Both the position numbers and the translations under genes were made by a program. This document shows positions 13,363-27,003 of a stretch of 64,000 nucleotides of DNA, piece after piece. The stretch lies in NCBI GenBank assembly GCA_905331295.1, contig CAJNYD010000035.1, positions 62,001 through 126,000 on the forward strand, in the 5' to 3' direction. Each line of letters starts with the position of its first letter. Positions within the stretch are counted from its first letter, which is position 1. The notes beneath the pieces are model-generated. The model searched no databases. It was not told the origin of the DNA and saw only the letters and a list, made by a program, of their open reading frames with translations. This stretch comes from Rotaria socialis (Eukaryota).

Positions 13363-16300
13363 ATGCCCAAAACTGATCTCGGTGATGTTTGTGGACGCTA
13401 TTTATCCTCGCGTCTGTCAAAACGTACAGATTCATCATTATCAAGTGATCAACAATTAATAAAACATTTTTTGAACCACGAATTTGTAACTACTGAACAT
13501 AAAGGAAATACAATATTAAAACAGGAACTCTTTTTAAAACCTTATACCAAGACTCCACTAGATCAATTACGTCAAAATTATAAAATCAACCAACGTGATA
13601 ATAGTGACAATAGAAATAATATAGTCATGCCGGCTAATAATGATGTTCTATTAACTACGTTTAATAATAATACAACGAATGGCACTAATGGTACCAATTC
13701 AAATCATCAATATTGTTCAACATATGTCTCATGTAGTAATGGTAATCATTCAACATCGCCACCTTCTGAAACGTCCTCGTTATCGTCATCGTCATCGTCG
13801 TCATCATCATCTTCTTCTTCTTCTTCAATGTCAAATAGTAGTTCATCGTTAATGATGAATTGGGAATTATTAAAAGATCGCGGTTCCGGTTTAGTTAATC
13901 TTGGCAATACATGTTTTATAAATGCATCATTACAATGTTTAGCTAATACTCCTCCACTGGTTCAATGGCTTTTATGTAATTCTCATTCTCAATGTTGTCG
14001 TGTTAAATTAGAAAAACAATTTTGTTTATTTTGTGAAGCTGAGCGTATTGTTAGATTGATTCATTCAAAAAATTCCAATTCATCCTTTTCATCGTCAGTT
14101 GGTGCTGCTAATCCAAATAATATTGTTCGCCGTATTAAAGATATTTCAACTACATTTAAAATTGGTCGTCAAGAAGATGCTAGCGAATTTCTTATTTGTT
14201 TAATTGATAAAATTGTTGATGCATCACTTCGTTCATCTCAACCGCCAGAACGTTTACGTCCATCATCTGGTACATCTTATGAACAATTATGTCATTCTCA
14301 AACAATATTTCATGATTTATTCGGTCTTGTTTTACGTTCACGTGTTGTATGTTCACGTTGTCGTCATACATCAGATACATTTGAAGTACAATATACATGG
14401 ATTGTTGGCGTACGTAATCATACTGATTTGAGACAATCGTTACAACAATTTGTTTGCCGTGAAACATTATCAGGAGAAAATCTATATCGTTGCATTAAAT
14501 GTAAACAATTAGTACAGGCTATTAAACGATATACACTACATAAAGCGTCAAAGATTTTATTAATTAATCTAAAACGTTTCGAATTTGGAAAAAATTCACA
14601 TAAACTATCACATCTTGTTCGTTATCCTGAATATTTAAATGTTACTCCATACATGAGCGATGAAAGTTCTAATGATGAATCATTGAATTATCGTTTGTAT
14701 GCGGTTTTAGTTCACGTTGGATCATCTATGCATTCAGGACATTATTTTTCATATGTACGTTCACCAAATAATCGTTGGAATAAAGCTGATGATATAACAA
14801 TGACACAATGTGATTTAAGTCAAGTTTTAGCGCAACATGGTGCCTATATTTTATGTTATATTAAAGAAACATCATCAACAAATACTACAATAAATGGTTC
14901 TTTAACAACAACAAATATATCATCATCATCGTCAGCGTCGTCGTCAACAACGACTACACAAACAACAACTAGTAAACTTGTCTATCAAAATGGAAAATTG
15001 AATAACAGTGAACAACAGCAAACAGCAACAAATAATGTAACGTTCTTTACACCACGTCAAGTTCCCGTACAAAATCTTCCTAAACAAAGTATGTAAATTG
15101 TTTTAATTTTTTTTCTAGAATAAAAATATTAATGCCTAGTATTTTTAAGAAATTATCGTCTAGATTTTTACTTTGTTATAAAGATGATATTGACATTTAT
15201 TAGCATAATAAATATTTACTTTTCTTGTTAGTTCTAATTATATGATCTTTGAGCAAATTTAAATCTCTTAATCTAATATGAACTGATAAAAAAGAAAAAG
15301 AAAGAAGATTATTATTTATGAAGAAGTTCAATCGACTAGGAATAATTGTGTAGATTATTATTTCAACATTATGAATAATTTCGTTAAAAAGAATTTTGTT
15401 TTTGTAGAATCATTTCATTAAAAAAAATTTTTAAGAAATCAAAAACTAAAAGTCATTGTTAATTATTATTGAACATTTTTTTTTAATTTTAGTTAATGGG
15501 CAAAATGGAAATCTGAAAACAATGTCCTCATCTTTGACAAAACCTACTATTGTAACATCTAATTCAGAATTAACTAATGGTGGTAGTGCTTTGTCAACTG
15601 AAAAACGAGCACCAATCGTAATGCGCATTCCAACTCTGAGTTTTCTATCAAATAGGGTAATAAAATATTAATCTATATAATATGAATTGTTTAATGAAAA
15701 ATATTTTGTTTTTCTTAGCCGGTTCCACTACAAGATAAATCAATCACAGATCCACATTCAAATTTAACAACATCCCTCTCTTCCAAACTTGTTAATAAAT
15801 CAAATTCAAACCCGATTGTTCTATCAACAACAAAGAATAGTAATTATACGATATCTCCAACAACTTCATTATCAACTGTACAATCGACTTCATCGCCATT
15901 AAAGTTAATAATAAAAGCTTCGGGACCATCTCCAACACTCAATGGACTTGCATCTATTTCGAAATCATATAATCATTATGATGATGATGATGATGATGAC
16001 GATGACGTTGATGACGAATATAATGATGATTCATCTGATTTGCAACAACCAGCAACGAAAAAACAACGGACTGATGAATCGAAAATCTCGCCATCTATAC
16101 CACTACTTCCTTGTTCATCGTCTGCTCCCACTTCTACTCACACTTCGGTTCCTACTTCTATCTCTTCTCGAACGAAATCGATGGATGAACAATCTAATCA
16201 TTCATCATCATCGACAACGAAACATAAGAGGAAGAGGAAAAAGAAGAAATCTCATAACCATCAACATCATCACCATCACAAAACTCATCATCATCATCAT

Positions 16301-16492
16301 CATCGCAAACGATCTCGACGAGATAGTAGTCGTCGAAGTCCATCGCGTTCACCCGTTTTTTCATCACCATCACAATTAAATTCATCACCATCCTCAGTAA
16401 CTGATGATCAGCATCGGCGACATCGAAAACGTAAGAAACATCATCGTCACAAACGATATAGTTCACCATCATCATCGCGCGAACCTTTGTGA
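13363..16492 (+). CDS. USP36: Ubiquitin carboxyl-terminal hydrolase, USP36/USP42 family, 3 coding exons
   Basis: Cys box GLVNLGNTCFINASLQCL, GRQEDASEFL, His box YAVLVHVGSSMHSGHYFSYV. Exons ~13363-15088, 15493-15657, 15719-16492. Basic His/Lys/Arg/Ser-rich tail. Confidence 0.9.
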
Positions 16493-18654
16493 TAAAATTT
16501 TCGTTTGTATTCGGAATTTTTCTCCTTCGTTTTCTCTTTTGTAATGCACATTTTCCTATTCGATCACTCATTATGAATGGAAGAATTCACCACAACGGTG
16601 AATGATATGCAGTGAGCACCACCACTAGCATCAACTTTGTGTAACTTAATTTCTCTGTATTCTCTCTCGTTTGTTGTGTATGCTTCTCCTATATTTCGCG
16701 TATGTGTTCATACGGCTCGCGACAAGTTGTTATCATCATCATTGATATCCGTTTGTCATAATTGTCCATGTTGTTTGTTGTGGTGGTGCAAATTTCTTTT
16801 TTTCTGTCTGTCTTTTTTTCTGCTTGTTGTTCATTGTGTATGTGTGTTACTTGTTTATGTATTTCTCTGTTGACATACACACGTGTGTTTGATTAATGCA
16901 AAGAAAATAAAAAGAGGCAGGTTTTTGATGTTTATGGAATACGATAGAATATTGAAAAATCAATTTATTAACATATTTTTATTTCGATGATCAATCAAAG
17001 AATGTGAGTCAAACGAGAGAGACAAATATATATTGTATATATAAATATATTGTAGAATGTTGAAAGATGAATTCGATATGATCGAAAATTTACTTAAATT
17101 TATTGATTTTGAATATTGAATGAATTAATATCTCTATCTGAAGGAAAATAGTAGTAATAGTGAAAAGTATTCGTAGAAGAGATTAGAATAGAAAACGAAT
17201 CAATCGATCAATTTTTCTTCATTTCAGTCAGACGACAAGATTGATCAAAAATAATAAAACGTTCTTATAATGAATCATGCGCCTATTCCATATTTTATTC
17301 ATTATTACAATATTATCAATTGGTAATTTTTCCTGTCAATAACATGCTAATGCGTAATAGTTCTTTTCAATTTTAATTGTATCGGATCATTAATTCGTAT
17401 TCGTTATAAGAAAAAATGACAAAACATCGAGCGTATTCGAATGACATCAAATGGGTAGTACAATAATAATTTACAATATCAGATTGGTATCATGTTTTGA
17501 CAGAAGAGTAGTACCCATTTCACTTACCGCAAACCTTAACTTTTAGACATGTGATTCAGTCACATCTAGCAACGTTGGAGGATCAAAATGGTATGTAAAA
17601 ACAAATGAAGATGTTACGTATGACGTAAATTCGTAGGTGACCTCATCGATAAATCTTCATTGAATATTAACATTCACATATTGAATTACTAAATACGCCA
17701 AGAAAATAGCAACAGACAGACATTTGAAGAGAAAAATAAATTATAAATTATAATATCAAAATTTCAAAGTAACTACTGCCAACTCCAATGTAGAATGCTT
17801 TATGTTTAATCTCTTGTATCTATACTCGTAACTAATATTTTTTCTATTGTTGAAGATATGATGAATTGTTTTTTTGAATATCTCTCACGCCAGTTATTTT
17901 ACCTGTAATCTTCCAGTTAAACAGAAGAACTAATAAGATTATGTTCTCGACCAGACAGAAGAAAAGTGAATCAAGTAAAAAACTATGCGTTTAATATTAA
18001 AATATTATACTGCTTATTAATGGCACAGAAAAAGCTCAATTGAAAGATTGTGCATATAGATGTATACACTATCTGTTAACTTTTACGGATTAAACGAAAT
18101 ATTCTTGGTTCGTAATTTACGCACTATGAAAGTTGATAAGTGGCAGTCTTTCAAAAGTCGAATAACCCCATCCGAAGTTTTAAATCATATTTTCGAGAAA
18201 AGCGATTCGAGTAACATATTAGTTTTAACACTGAATTAAAAACGATAGTTGTTCTGTGAAGTAAAAGTGAATTACGAAAATTTAAATCTCATGTAAACGA
18301 GCAAGAGAATATCACATTCTTCGATGAATATTAATTAATTTCTCAGATATATTTCTATTCATTAGTAACAACGAAATGAAAGAGTAGCGCACTATTTTAC
18401 TTTTATTCTAGTTTTAATTTTTAGACTAAAAAAATTAGAATGCATTAAATCAATGATTTTGTTCACATATATGTATATACTGTTTTATTGTAATGATTTT
18501 AATAAATGGAACCGGTGCAAGAATCAATAATAAGAATGAATACAATAGTTTAAAAAAAACTTCAAGACACGTACTCTCCTATCAGACTAAGAACATATAC
18601 GCATATAAAGTATCGCTTTGGTTTTGACTACTTGAAATGAGATAGTTGTATTTA

Positions 18655-21600
18655 TTTTGTTTTTGATTTCAATGATTTATTGAAAATAAATCTGTAGTAC
18701 ATATAACAACGGAAAACGAAAGCAAAGCAAAAGAAAAACAGACAGAAAGAAAACATAAGACAGATTAAGAACAAAAGTGTAGGATTCTTGACAGTATGTC
18801 TTATACCCTACATATTAACGGCAAGTGAATTTCGTTGATTGTAGATTCCAGTTATATTTGCGAGAAAATGTGCATCAAATTTTTTGCAGATATTTTATCT
18901 CTATAGTTTTTTGCTGTTAATATTGCGTGTTTGAGTAAGACTGTGGTATATATCTTTATTTTTGGCATGTTACTAAACTGATGAATGTAGTCTACAGATG
19001 TATAGAATGATACTTCTAGTGCTGCTCTTAAGGCTTTATTATTTTGAGTGATTTGAAGTCGTTCCCAAATTTTGTTGTTTGCTGTTAAGAGGATATGTGA
19101 TCCATACGTGATAATTGTTGTTACTAAAGATTTGAATAAATTTAACATTATTTTGATATTTGGTTCTGCATCTGCACAAGAACAAGACATAAATCGTAGA
19201 AGACTTATTCGAGTGCCAGTTTGGATTCGATATGCTTGATATGTGATCTCCAATTGAGTTTATTGTCAAATATAACACCTAGATATCGTGTTGGTGCTTC
19301 AACGTTTATCTCCATATGTTGTACATATTTTTTTCTTGGGTGCGGACTGAAGTAGATCTGTTCCGTTTTGATTAGCTGAATTTGTAGCTTCCATGCTTTG
19401 CACCAGCTTTGGAAATCATTGAGTGATGTTTGCATACGATCTTTTAAATTTGTAATCGTATTTGATGACGATCATAGGGCGGTGTCATCAGCAAAGAGAC
19501 CATACTCCGTATGTTTTTGTATAGCGTTGATAGAGTCCGTTGTGTAGATGATGTAGAGTAGTAGAGACAGTAATGAACCTTGAGGAGTGCCACTTTTCAA
19601 GCTGAAAGACTTTGATAGTACATTTTCTAATTCAATTGTAGCTGTATGATGATCAAGAAATAAAATGATAAATCGAATAAAATATTATGGAAGTCGAAGA
19701 TTGCGAAGTTTGTAAATAAGTCGATCAAACCATACAGAATCGAAAGCAGCTTTAATGCCTGAAGAAGATAACTGCTGAATGCCTTCGTTGTTTCGACTGT
19801 TCATGTGCATATCTTTCTAGGCGTAAGACGTTATACATAGTGCTCGTGTTAGCTCTGAACCCTGCTTGGTGTTTAGGAAGAATGTTTCTTTTGTGCAGGT
19901 TCTCAGTAATTTTTTCTTTTTTGATCTTTTCAAGTAGTTTTCCCACGCTACTGAGCAAGCTGATTGGTCAATAGCTTGATGGTAGTTTTTTGTCTTTCTT
20001 GGATTTAAGTAATAAAATGATGTTGGCATTCTTCCATGCCTTTAGAATATGACCTACGTTCAATATTGCGTTGAAAATTGTACCTAGAACGTTGACCAAT
20101 TATGCTGTATAGTTTTTAAGCATTCCATTATGAATATTATCAGGCCCCAGTGAACTGTTTGGTAGTTGTTTAAGTAACATTTTCATTTCTTTGGCGGTTA
20201 CAGGCGGAAATGTTGTTGTGTTTTTGATTTCTTCAAATTGCTTTTGATTTGATTATGAAAAGAAAGATTGTCTGGTATTTCGACAAAGATTTCTTTTTCA
20301 AAGTATGATGCGAAGAGATCGGCGTTTTCATGATCAGAGTAGGCGATTGTATTTTGATACGTCAGCTCCCCCAACTATGATTCCTTGAGCCTTTTATTGT
20401 GATATTTGTGAACTGTTGTCCATACTTTGGATGAGTCCATCTTAGCATTGCTTAACGACGACATCAGTTTTTTGAATCTGGTTGTGCGATCATTACGAAG
20501 CGCATTGTTAGAAGCACTTTGAAATCGTAGTATTTCTTTTTTGTTACTGTCAAATTTGTTTTTCTTCCATTTTCTATAAGCTCGATGCTTGTTTTCTATC
20601 AGAGCTTTCGTCTTTTTGGAGATTTCGAAGTTGTTCATGATTTGATTTACTACTCGTATTGCTAATCTTCCTGCAGAAACAATACAGTTGGTGACCATTG
20701 TTGTAAAAGATTCAATTTGTTGAATTGTGGTAATTGTTTGAGCAAGATCTATTTTGCTTAAAAGATTATTTAGATGTTTTATGTACAATTGCCAGTTGGC
20801 CGACTGGGAATTGAGTGATAGACGTGGTGATAAAGGTTTAGGATCTGCATCCAAGTTTAGAGAGAATGTTAGTGACTTGTGATCTTCTTTTTTACCCAGA
20901 GGATCTTGGGTTGATAGATCGTTGATTGAAAGTATCGTGGGGTGACTTGCTCAGATCCAGTCGAGGTTTTCTTCATAGTTGCTTCGTATATGTGGTGAGT
21001 GTACTATCAGCACATTGCAGATATCCTTCGTCAAGTAATTTTCCTAGTTGTCGACCTTTGGAATTGGTTCTGTTGGACCCCATTAGTTGAAGTGACGCAT
21101 TAAGATCCCCAAGGATTAGACGGTCATTGTTTAATTGATACAGTTCTTCAAAAACTTCGTTAACTAGTTGTGCGGCTGGTGGAATGTATATTGATGCAAT
21201 TAATAAATATCCACTTGATGTACGTAATTGTATTGCGATGATTTCGTTGTCGTTCGCTGTTTTATTTACTTTTTCACAACATTTGATATTCTTCCGGATT
21301 GCCAGAAGTACTCCTTATTCTCTTCAGTCAGGTCTGTCGTTTCGAAAAATATTGAAACCTGGAAGCGAAAAATTATGATGTGGTTCAAATTTGTTTCATT
21401 GATTGATATAATGTCATAATTATGAAAACGTGCGTATATTTCATTTCTATGTTTAGTGGTTGATGTGACGTTGTAGTGAATGATTTTAAGCATTTTGTTT
21501 GATGAAATCGATTTCTAAGCTTTTATCGCAACTATTGTTTCTTTTTTGTTTAGGTGGTTTTGTTTTGTTGGAGTCAGTCGGACTATTTGTCGACGAATTT

Positions 21601-23137
21601 TTGCGTTTTGATCCTCGCTGATTGTTGTTTTTGGTTGCGAGTTTTTCGAATTGCGGACTATTGATCTGCTGATGATTTTTATTGTCGTCATCTTCTGCTA
21701 GACAGTTTGCTTCACTCTATGTAGTTGCATTTTTTCTTTAAAAACATCATTTATTTGTATATGCATATTTGATGAGTAATTTAGATCTATCTTCGTTATC
21801 ATTAATATTAGGTGCTGTCGGAGGTAGTTTTGATATTGTTGTTTTATAACGGTCTATTGTTTGCTGGACTCATTGTTGTTGTTGTTTGTATATTGAATAT
21901 TCTTTAAATGTTGCCACATGTTCTCTCTTACCGTTACTACAGCACGGTGCTTGATGTAAATTAAAGCATTGTTCTGTCGCGTATTTATCTCCAGATCTTG
22001 CGCATATACTGCTTGGAGCATTGCAATGTTTAGCAACATGTCCAAATCTCATACATTTAAATCATTGTGTTGGATTACTGATTTGGATGGCTTTTTCTGC
22101 AAAAAAAGTGCATTGCGTCTATTTGTAGACCAATTTTCATGAATGTGTTTCTGTTCTGCGCATCACTGAATGTTGTGTTGACAGCTTTTAAGGGCCATTT
22201 TGCACTGTTATACAGACGATTGACGGATTGAAATTCGAATTTTTTGTTTGATAAAGCTTCTTTAATTTCGTCTTCAGTTATCTCCAGGTCGATTCGGCTG
22301 ACGAAAGCGATTTATCAACTTCTAACACACATTGTATTAATCGCAGTATATATATTACTGTTGGTTGATGTTCGTTTTCGTTTAGATATGTGCTGAGGTT
22401 GTTTAAGAGAAAATTAAATGACTTGATGTCAATAGCAAGAATTGTAAATGTACCAGAACGATTGATTGGAATATCTGATATTTTAACATCAGCAAAGTCT
22501 CTTTTTAAAATATTATTTAAATCGACTTTTGGCATTGATTTTGTACCCTCCCATATTAGTGGTGATATCGTAAACAATTTGATTGGCTGTTATTCAAGCT
22601 GTTTGTATGTTATTCCGAAAAGCACGGGAAATCGCTGAAAAGTGGAAGCCGTATTCCGGCCGGAAATTACCGAAATTTTTTTGCTATGTATTCCGGTCAG
22701 TTTCTTGTGCTTTCCGGCTGGATGATAATCAGAATACACCGGAAAGAAATCCGTCAATTTCTGACCGGAATACTGTTTCCACTTTCCACCGCTTTCTCGG
22801 GCTCTCCGGCCAGGTACAGTGATTTCTCCACATCTTTCCTGGCGGCTCCTACGGGATCCGCCCTTCGGAATCATTGACCTGGGTTGAGGAGCCAGTTAGT
22901 TCTCCTCAACCACAATTTCCACCACCACCACCACGACTTCTACCCCATTTAGGAGGCATTGTGCTTGGTGTTGAATTCACCAAATTAAATTAAATTGATT
23001 TAATTCCTATGTGTTGTTGTTTATTTATTTATTACAATTTCTACCGATGACTCATTTCAAAGATAGTCGGGATATATTATGTATGCAGGATGAAAAGAGA
23101 GCAGAACACGTCTTATCGATATGCAAGAAAGTGCTCG
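18655..23137 (-). mobile_element. Full-length degenerate non-LTR retrotransposon (Jockey-like): gag ORF1 plus APE-RT ORF2
   Basis: ORF1 zinc knuckle (RFGHVAKHC); APE (IIHYNV, ISINETNL, SIYIPP, GDLNA); RT (LLSSVGKLLEK, QAGFR, PQGS, LFADDTA, RYLGVIFDNKLNWRSHI). Many stops and frameshifts. 19-bp direct repeat aatgagatagttgtattta at 18636-18654 and 23138-23156. Confidence 0.93.
22590..22885. mobile_element. GC-richer palindromic MITE inserted in the 5' part of the LINE
   Basis: Internal inverted repeat (aagtggaagccgtattccggccggaaatt / aatttctgaccggaatactgtttccactt). Right end tgacctgggt resembles the cccaggt/acctggg termini of the 34710 MITE. Left end degraded. Confidence 0.6.
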
Positions 23138-24082
23138 AATGAGATAGTTGTATTTAGAATCACGAAAGTTCACAAAACAGGAAGAAATTTCCTATTCCTT
23201 CGATAAAAATCTTCATTCTCAGTCAGCAATCTTTTGTGCTTGTGCCGAGTTATATGCACATATCTCATTTTAACTGTGTAGCTATATATCGCACAACGAA
23301 GATATAATTCAGGCCACCGTGATGTATGATTCACGAAAAGCGATTATTTCGTGTTTGCCTTACAATTAAAAAATAATTGTATGAAGATAAAACACTATTC
23401 TTTTCGATGAAATATTCATCAAAAATAATAAATAGAGTCATGCATTTTACGCTGTTCATTTTTCCCAATATAGATTAATTATCAAGTATGAATAAAGTTG
23501 ACTATGAATAATTATTATCAGATCTATCGTACACAAACAAGAATCTTATCAAAACTAAATCGTGACAATTTAAATTTTTCTCTCGCAGGTGCCAGTAGAA
23601 AAATCTTGTCAATGTGACTTTGAAAATTTTAGATTTTATGAATGAAAAATAAATTCTCTGAACAAGTTGTATTGACAGAGTGTCAGCGAAAAAAACATTA
23701 TCCAAACATAAAATGACCATACAGTTACCCGTAAAAACATAGACTGATATTTTATCTTTGATAGTAATTGCATTGAAAAGATATTAGTCATGTGTGGGAA
23801 GAAGGTCAGGTAAATAAGAAAAAGAATGCGTAATTAATGATTAAATACTGAAATATTAATTATAGAACATATCGTGAGTAACATTCTCTATGAATAACTT
23901 AATCCACTCATGCAAGTCAACAAGTATACGATTACTCATTTATGTGAAGGTGGTACGTATGTAGGCAATATATCGCTTCTTCTTTTTCGCATATAAAATA
24001 AGTTACATTTTACAGTTCTTTTTTAATTCCTAGCTAAAACTACTATCAATTCTATTACATACAACAAAATTCGAAAAAACAA

Positions 24083-24262
24083 ATGGGTAATCGAGCAGCT
24101 CGTCGTCGACAACCGAACTCAGTCCTTTTACCTTCCGCTTCTATGGCCTACGGTCCAAATCCAGGTTATCATCCTCATGGTTATCGACCAGTTTGTCATC
24201 GTCGTCCAGAATATTATTCTGGTGCATATCCTGGATATCCACCAATGCAACGCTACTACTAA
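24083..24262 (+). CDS. 59-aa Gly/Pro/Tyr-rich microprotein with a possible N-myristoylation start
   Basis: MGNRAARRRQPNSVLLPSASMAYGPNPGYHPHGYRPVCHRRPEYYSGAYPGYPPMQRYY*. GC-richer than its flanks, A-rich start context (aaacaaATG), TATAAAA at ~23993. Just below the ORF-track length cutoff. Confidence 0.6.
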   Translation: MGNRAARRRQPNSVLLPSASMAYGPNPGYHPHGYRPVCHRRPEYYSGAYPGYPPMQRYY

Positions 24263-24434
24263 GAACAACTTATGTAAACGATAAGGCAAAATAGACTGTT
24301 TACTTAAACATATTCTCTTATCACTGTTTACTGTTTATTTAATTTTATGAAGGAAATGGTGTCTTATTATTTCCTTAGTCATAACCTTTTCCGTTATAAA
24401 TAAATGATCTTTTTGTAATTTATGATTCATGATG

Positions 24435-27000
24435 TCCCATAGGCTTATCGTTCGTTGGGACCAACTGCTGTTCGAATAATTTCTTTCCATTTCCTTCGAT
24501 CTTGCGTAAGGTGAAACAGATCTTGTCCACTGTGACCAAACCATTCTATTATATCGTCCGTCCGCTCTCTGCATGAACGTCCTCTTCGTGTTTTTCCGTT
24601 GATTCTTGCGAATACGGTGTGTTTTATTAGCCTGTTATCGTTCATTCGACAGATATGGCCGAACAACCGCAGCTTTCTTCTCTTGATGCTATCTATGATG
24701 GTCTCTTGTCTTGCTATCTGTTTCCTTATGTTTGTATTTCTTATCATATCTTTCCAGCTGATTCGTAGTATTCTTCGATAGCATTTCATTTCGAACGCCA
24801 ATAGTTTGTTTCGATCGATTTCCTTCAGTGTCCATGTCTCTGATCCGTATAATAATACACTGAAGACACAAGTAGTTAGGACCCTTATTTAGTTTTCTAT
24901 TTTTATTTTCTTGCTATTCCAAATACTTTTTAGTGCAGTCATTACTCCTATTGCTTTGTCTATTCATTTCCTGATTTCATCAGTACAGTTGTTGTCCCAT
25001 GTGATTAGACTACCAAGATACTCGAACTGTTCTACATTTTCTCTTGTGGTTTCTGCTATTTGAACATGTTTTTCAATGTTTCTGTCGCCGAATACCAGTG
25101 TTTTTGTTTTCTTTGTATTCATGATTAGTGCTGCTTCTTCCGCTGCAACTCTTATTTGTTCTGTTTGTTGATGTAGTAATTCGCAGTCTTCTTCTAGGAC
25201 ATCAATGTCATCAGCGAACCGTAGGTTATTCACTAGTGTTCTACTGATATTTATTCCATCATTGGTCTGCATTACCTTGTCCATTACTAGTTCGTGATAT
25301 GTGATGAACAGTAGTGGTGACAGAGGATCTCCTTGTCTGCTTCCAACACTGGTTTGAAACCATTCTCCTGTTTCTTTCTCCACTTGTACTGCTGATTGAG
25401 CTTTTTCATATATATTCTGTAGTAGTATAATCATTTTGTTCTCACTCCGTATGACTTGAGAACAGTCCATATGATTTTATGTTTGATTGTGTCGAAGGCT
25501 TTTTGGAAGTCGATGAAACAGTTGTATATCTTTTTTCCTTGTCTTTTTGCTTTTTCTGAAAGCAGCCTGAGTATTAGAATTTAGTGTACTGTACTTCTGT
25601 CTTGTCTGAATCCTGCTTGTTCTTCCGACAAGTATGGGCCCAGATACCGCTTGAGTCTGTTTAACAGTACTGTCAGTAGGATTTTACCTGTATGGTTTAT
25701 GAGTGAGATTGTTCGGTAGTTTGCGTCTGCTAGATCGAGGGTTTGTTCAGAGACCCAGGGCTTTTTGGCTCTCTTTGCAGTAGCTACAGTTGCCTGCAAT
25801 GCCTCTTTTATTGCATCCTCGACCTTCGCTGGATGTTCTTCTAGGTTGTAATCGGAATCTATATCTTGAAGCCTGCTGTCTAGTCTAGCTTGGTAGGCTT
25901 CTCTAGTTTTCTGATTCTTGTTGAGTTGATTTACGTTAGGTCTGCGATTCTGTTGCGGCTTGATGCATCTCCTTTTGAGTCTCAACTTGATGTTGTATAG
26001 CACTAGGAAATGATCTGAGCTGATATCAGCACTTTGAAATGTTCGAAAATTCGTGACTGATGATTTCCATCTCATTTGAATCAGCACTAGATCAATCATA
26101 TTATTGTCCACGCCATCTGGTGATGTCTGGTTTCTATTTACTTTCTGTTGAAATCGTGTATTACAAATATATAGACTGTGTAGTGCTGCGAACTCTGTGA
26201 GTCGATCACCTCGTTCATTTTTGTCACTATATCCATATTTACCCATGACCAACTCCCAATTTGTATTCTCGCTGCCAAATTTTGCGTTCCAATCACCAGT
26301 TACGATTACTATATCCTTTTTAGGCGTTTGTGTTAGTGCATGTTCAATGCTATCATAGAATAGTTCGATTTCATCGTCTAATGATGCTGGTGTTGGCGCA
26401 TACACCTGTATTACGGTGAGCTTGAATGGTGTTGTATGGAATCTAGCCGTGATTACTCGTGAACTAATCGGATTGTATCCTATTAGTGTATGTTTTGCTC
26501 TTGCACTTAGTAACATTCCTACACCTCTGTTGTGTGTAGTATCTTCTCCTGGCAAAATGAAGCCACCACCTGATATTTCTCCTTTTCCTGTCCAACGTAC
26601 TTCAGAGATGCCAATTACATCGAACCTGAAACGTTTTATTTCATTTCTTAGCAGTTCTAGTTTTCCTGTTACCCATAACGTTTGAACGTTCCAGGTACCC
26701 ATTGTAAGTGTGTCTTTCATTATCTTCCATCGTTGTTTATCAATTTTGACCTTTGACGTTACTGCTGCTGTTGTTCCTATCTTTCCAGTATCCAATTTTT
26801 CGACTCTGACCTGGTTACTCGGCAGAGGACGTGGGTCTTGTTCACTCGGGCGACGTCCGAGTCGGTATGATTTTCAATTATCACCGTTCGTGGTTGGTTT
26901 CTTTCGTCTTTTCTTTTTGACAATCGGCGGTATTTGCACTCCTTCCGCTAACGCTCCTCCTTTTTCCGGACTTGCGATCGGCATAGAAATCGCTGAAGTG
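24435..27000 (-). mobile_element. RTE-clade non-LTR retrotransposon, degenerate, with a large internal deletion
   Basis: APE (MGTWNVQTL, IGISEVRW, VIQVYAPT, TGDWNAK, SDH); RT (NYRTISL, EEQAGFR, CFIDFQKAFD, RQGDPLSP, LRFADD, FEYLGS); RTE-type C-terminus (CYRRILRISW, LFGHICRM, RRGR). Stops and frameshifts present. Confidence 0.93.
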
Positions 27001-27003
27001 CGA
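26945..27003 (-). ncRNA. Twister-ribozyme-like motif at the 5' end of the RTE element
   Basis: Minus strand: a-CUUC-aGC-gauuucuaug-CCGA-uCGCaaGU-CCGG-aaaaa-GGAG-gaGCG-uuagcgg. This fits the twister layout: P2 CUUC/GGAG, P4 CCGA/CCGG, pseudoknot CGC/GCG, second pseudoknot GC/GU. The 5' strand of P1 and the cleavage-site UAA are not intact. Confidence 0.7.

Noticed and set aside
14192..16571. Alternative-frame and antisense ORFs over USP36 (Met/Asp/His-rich)
   Set aside because: Shadows of low-complexity tca/gat codon repeats in the real gene.
17270..17720. Exon-like segments on the minus strand
   Set aside because: In-frame stops and no recognisable domain.
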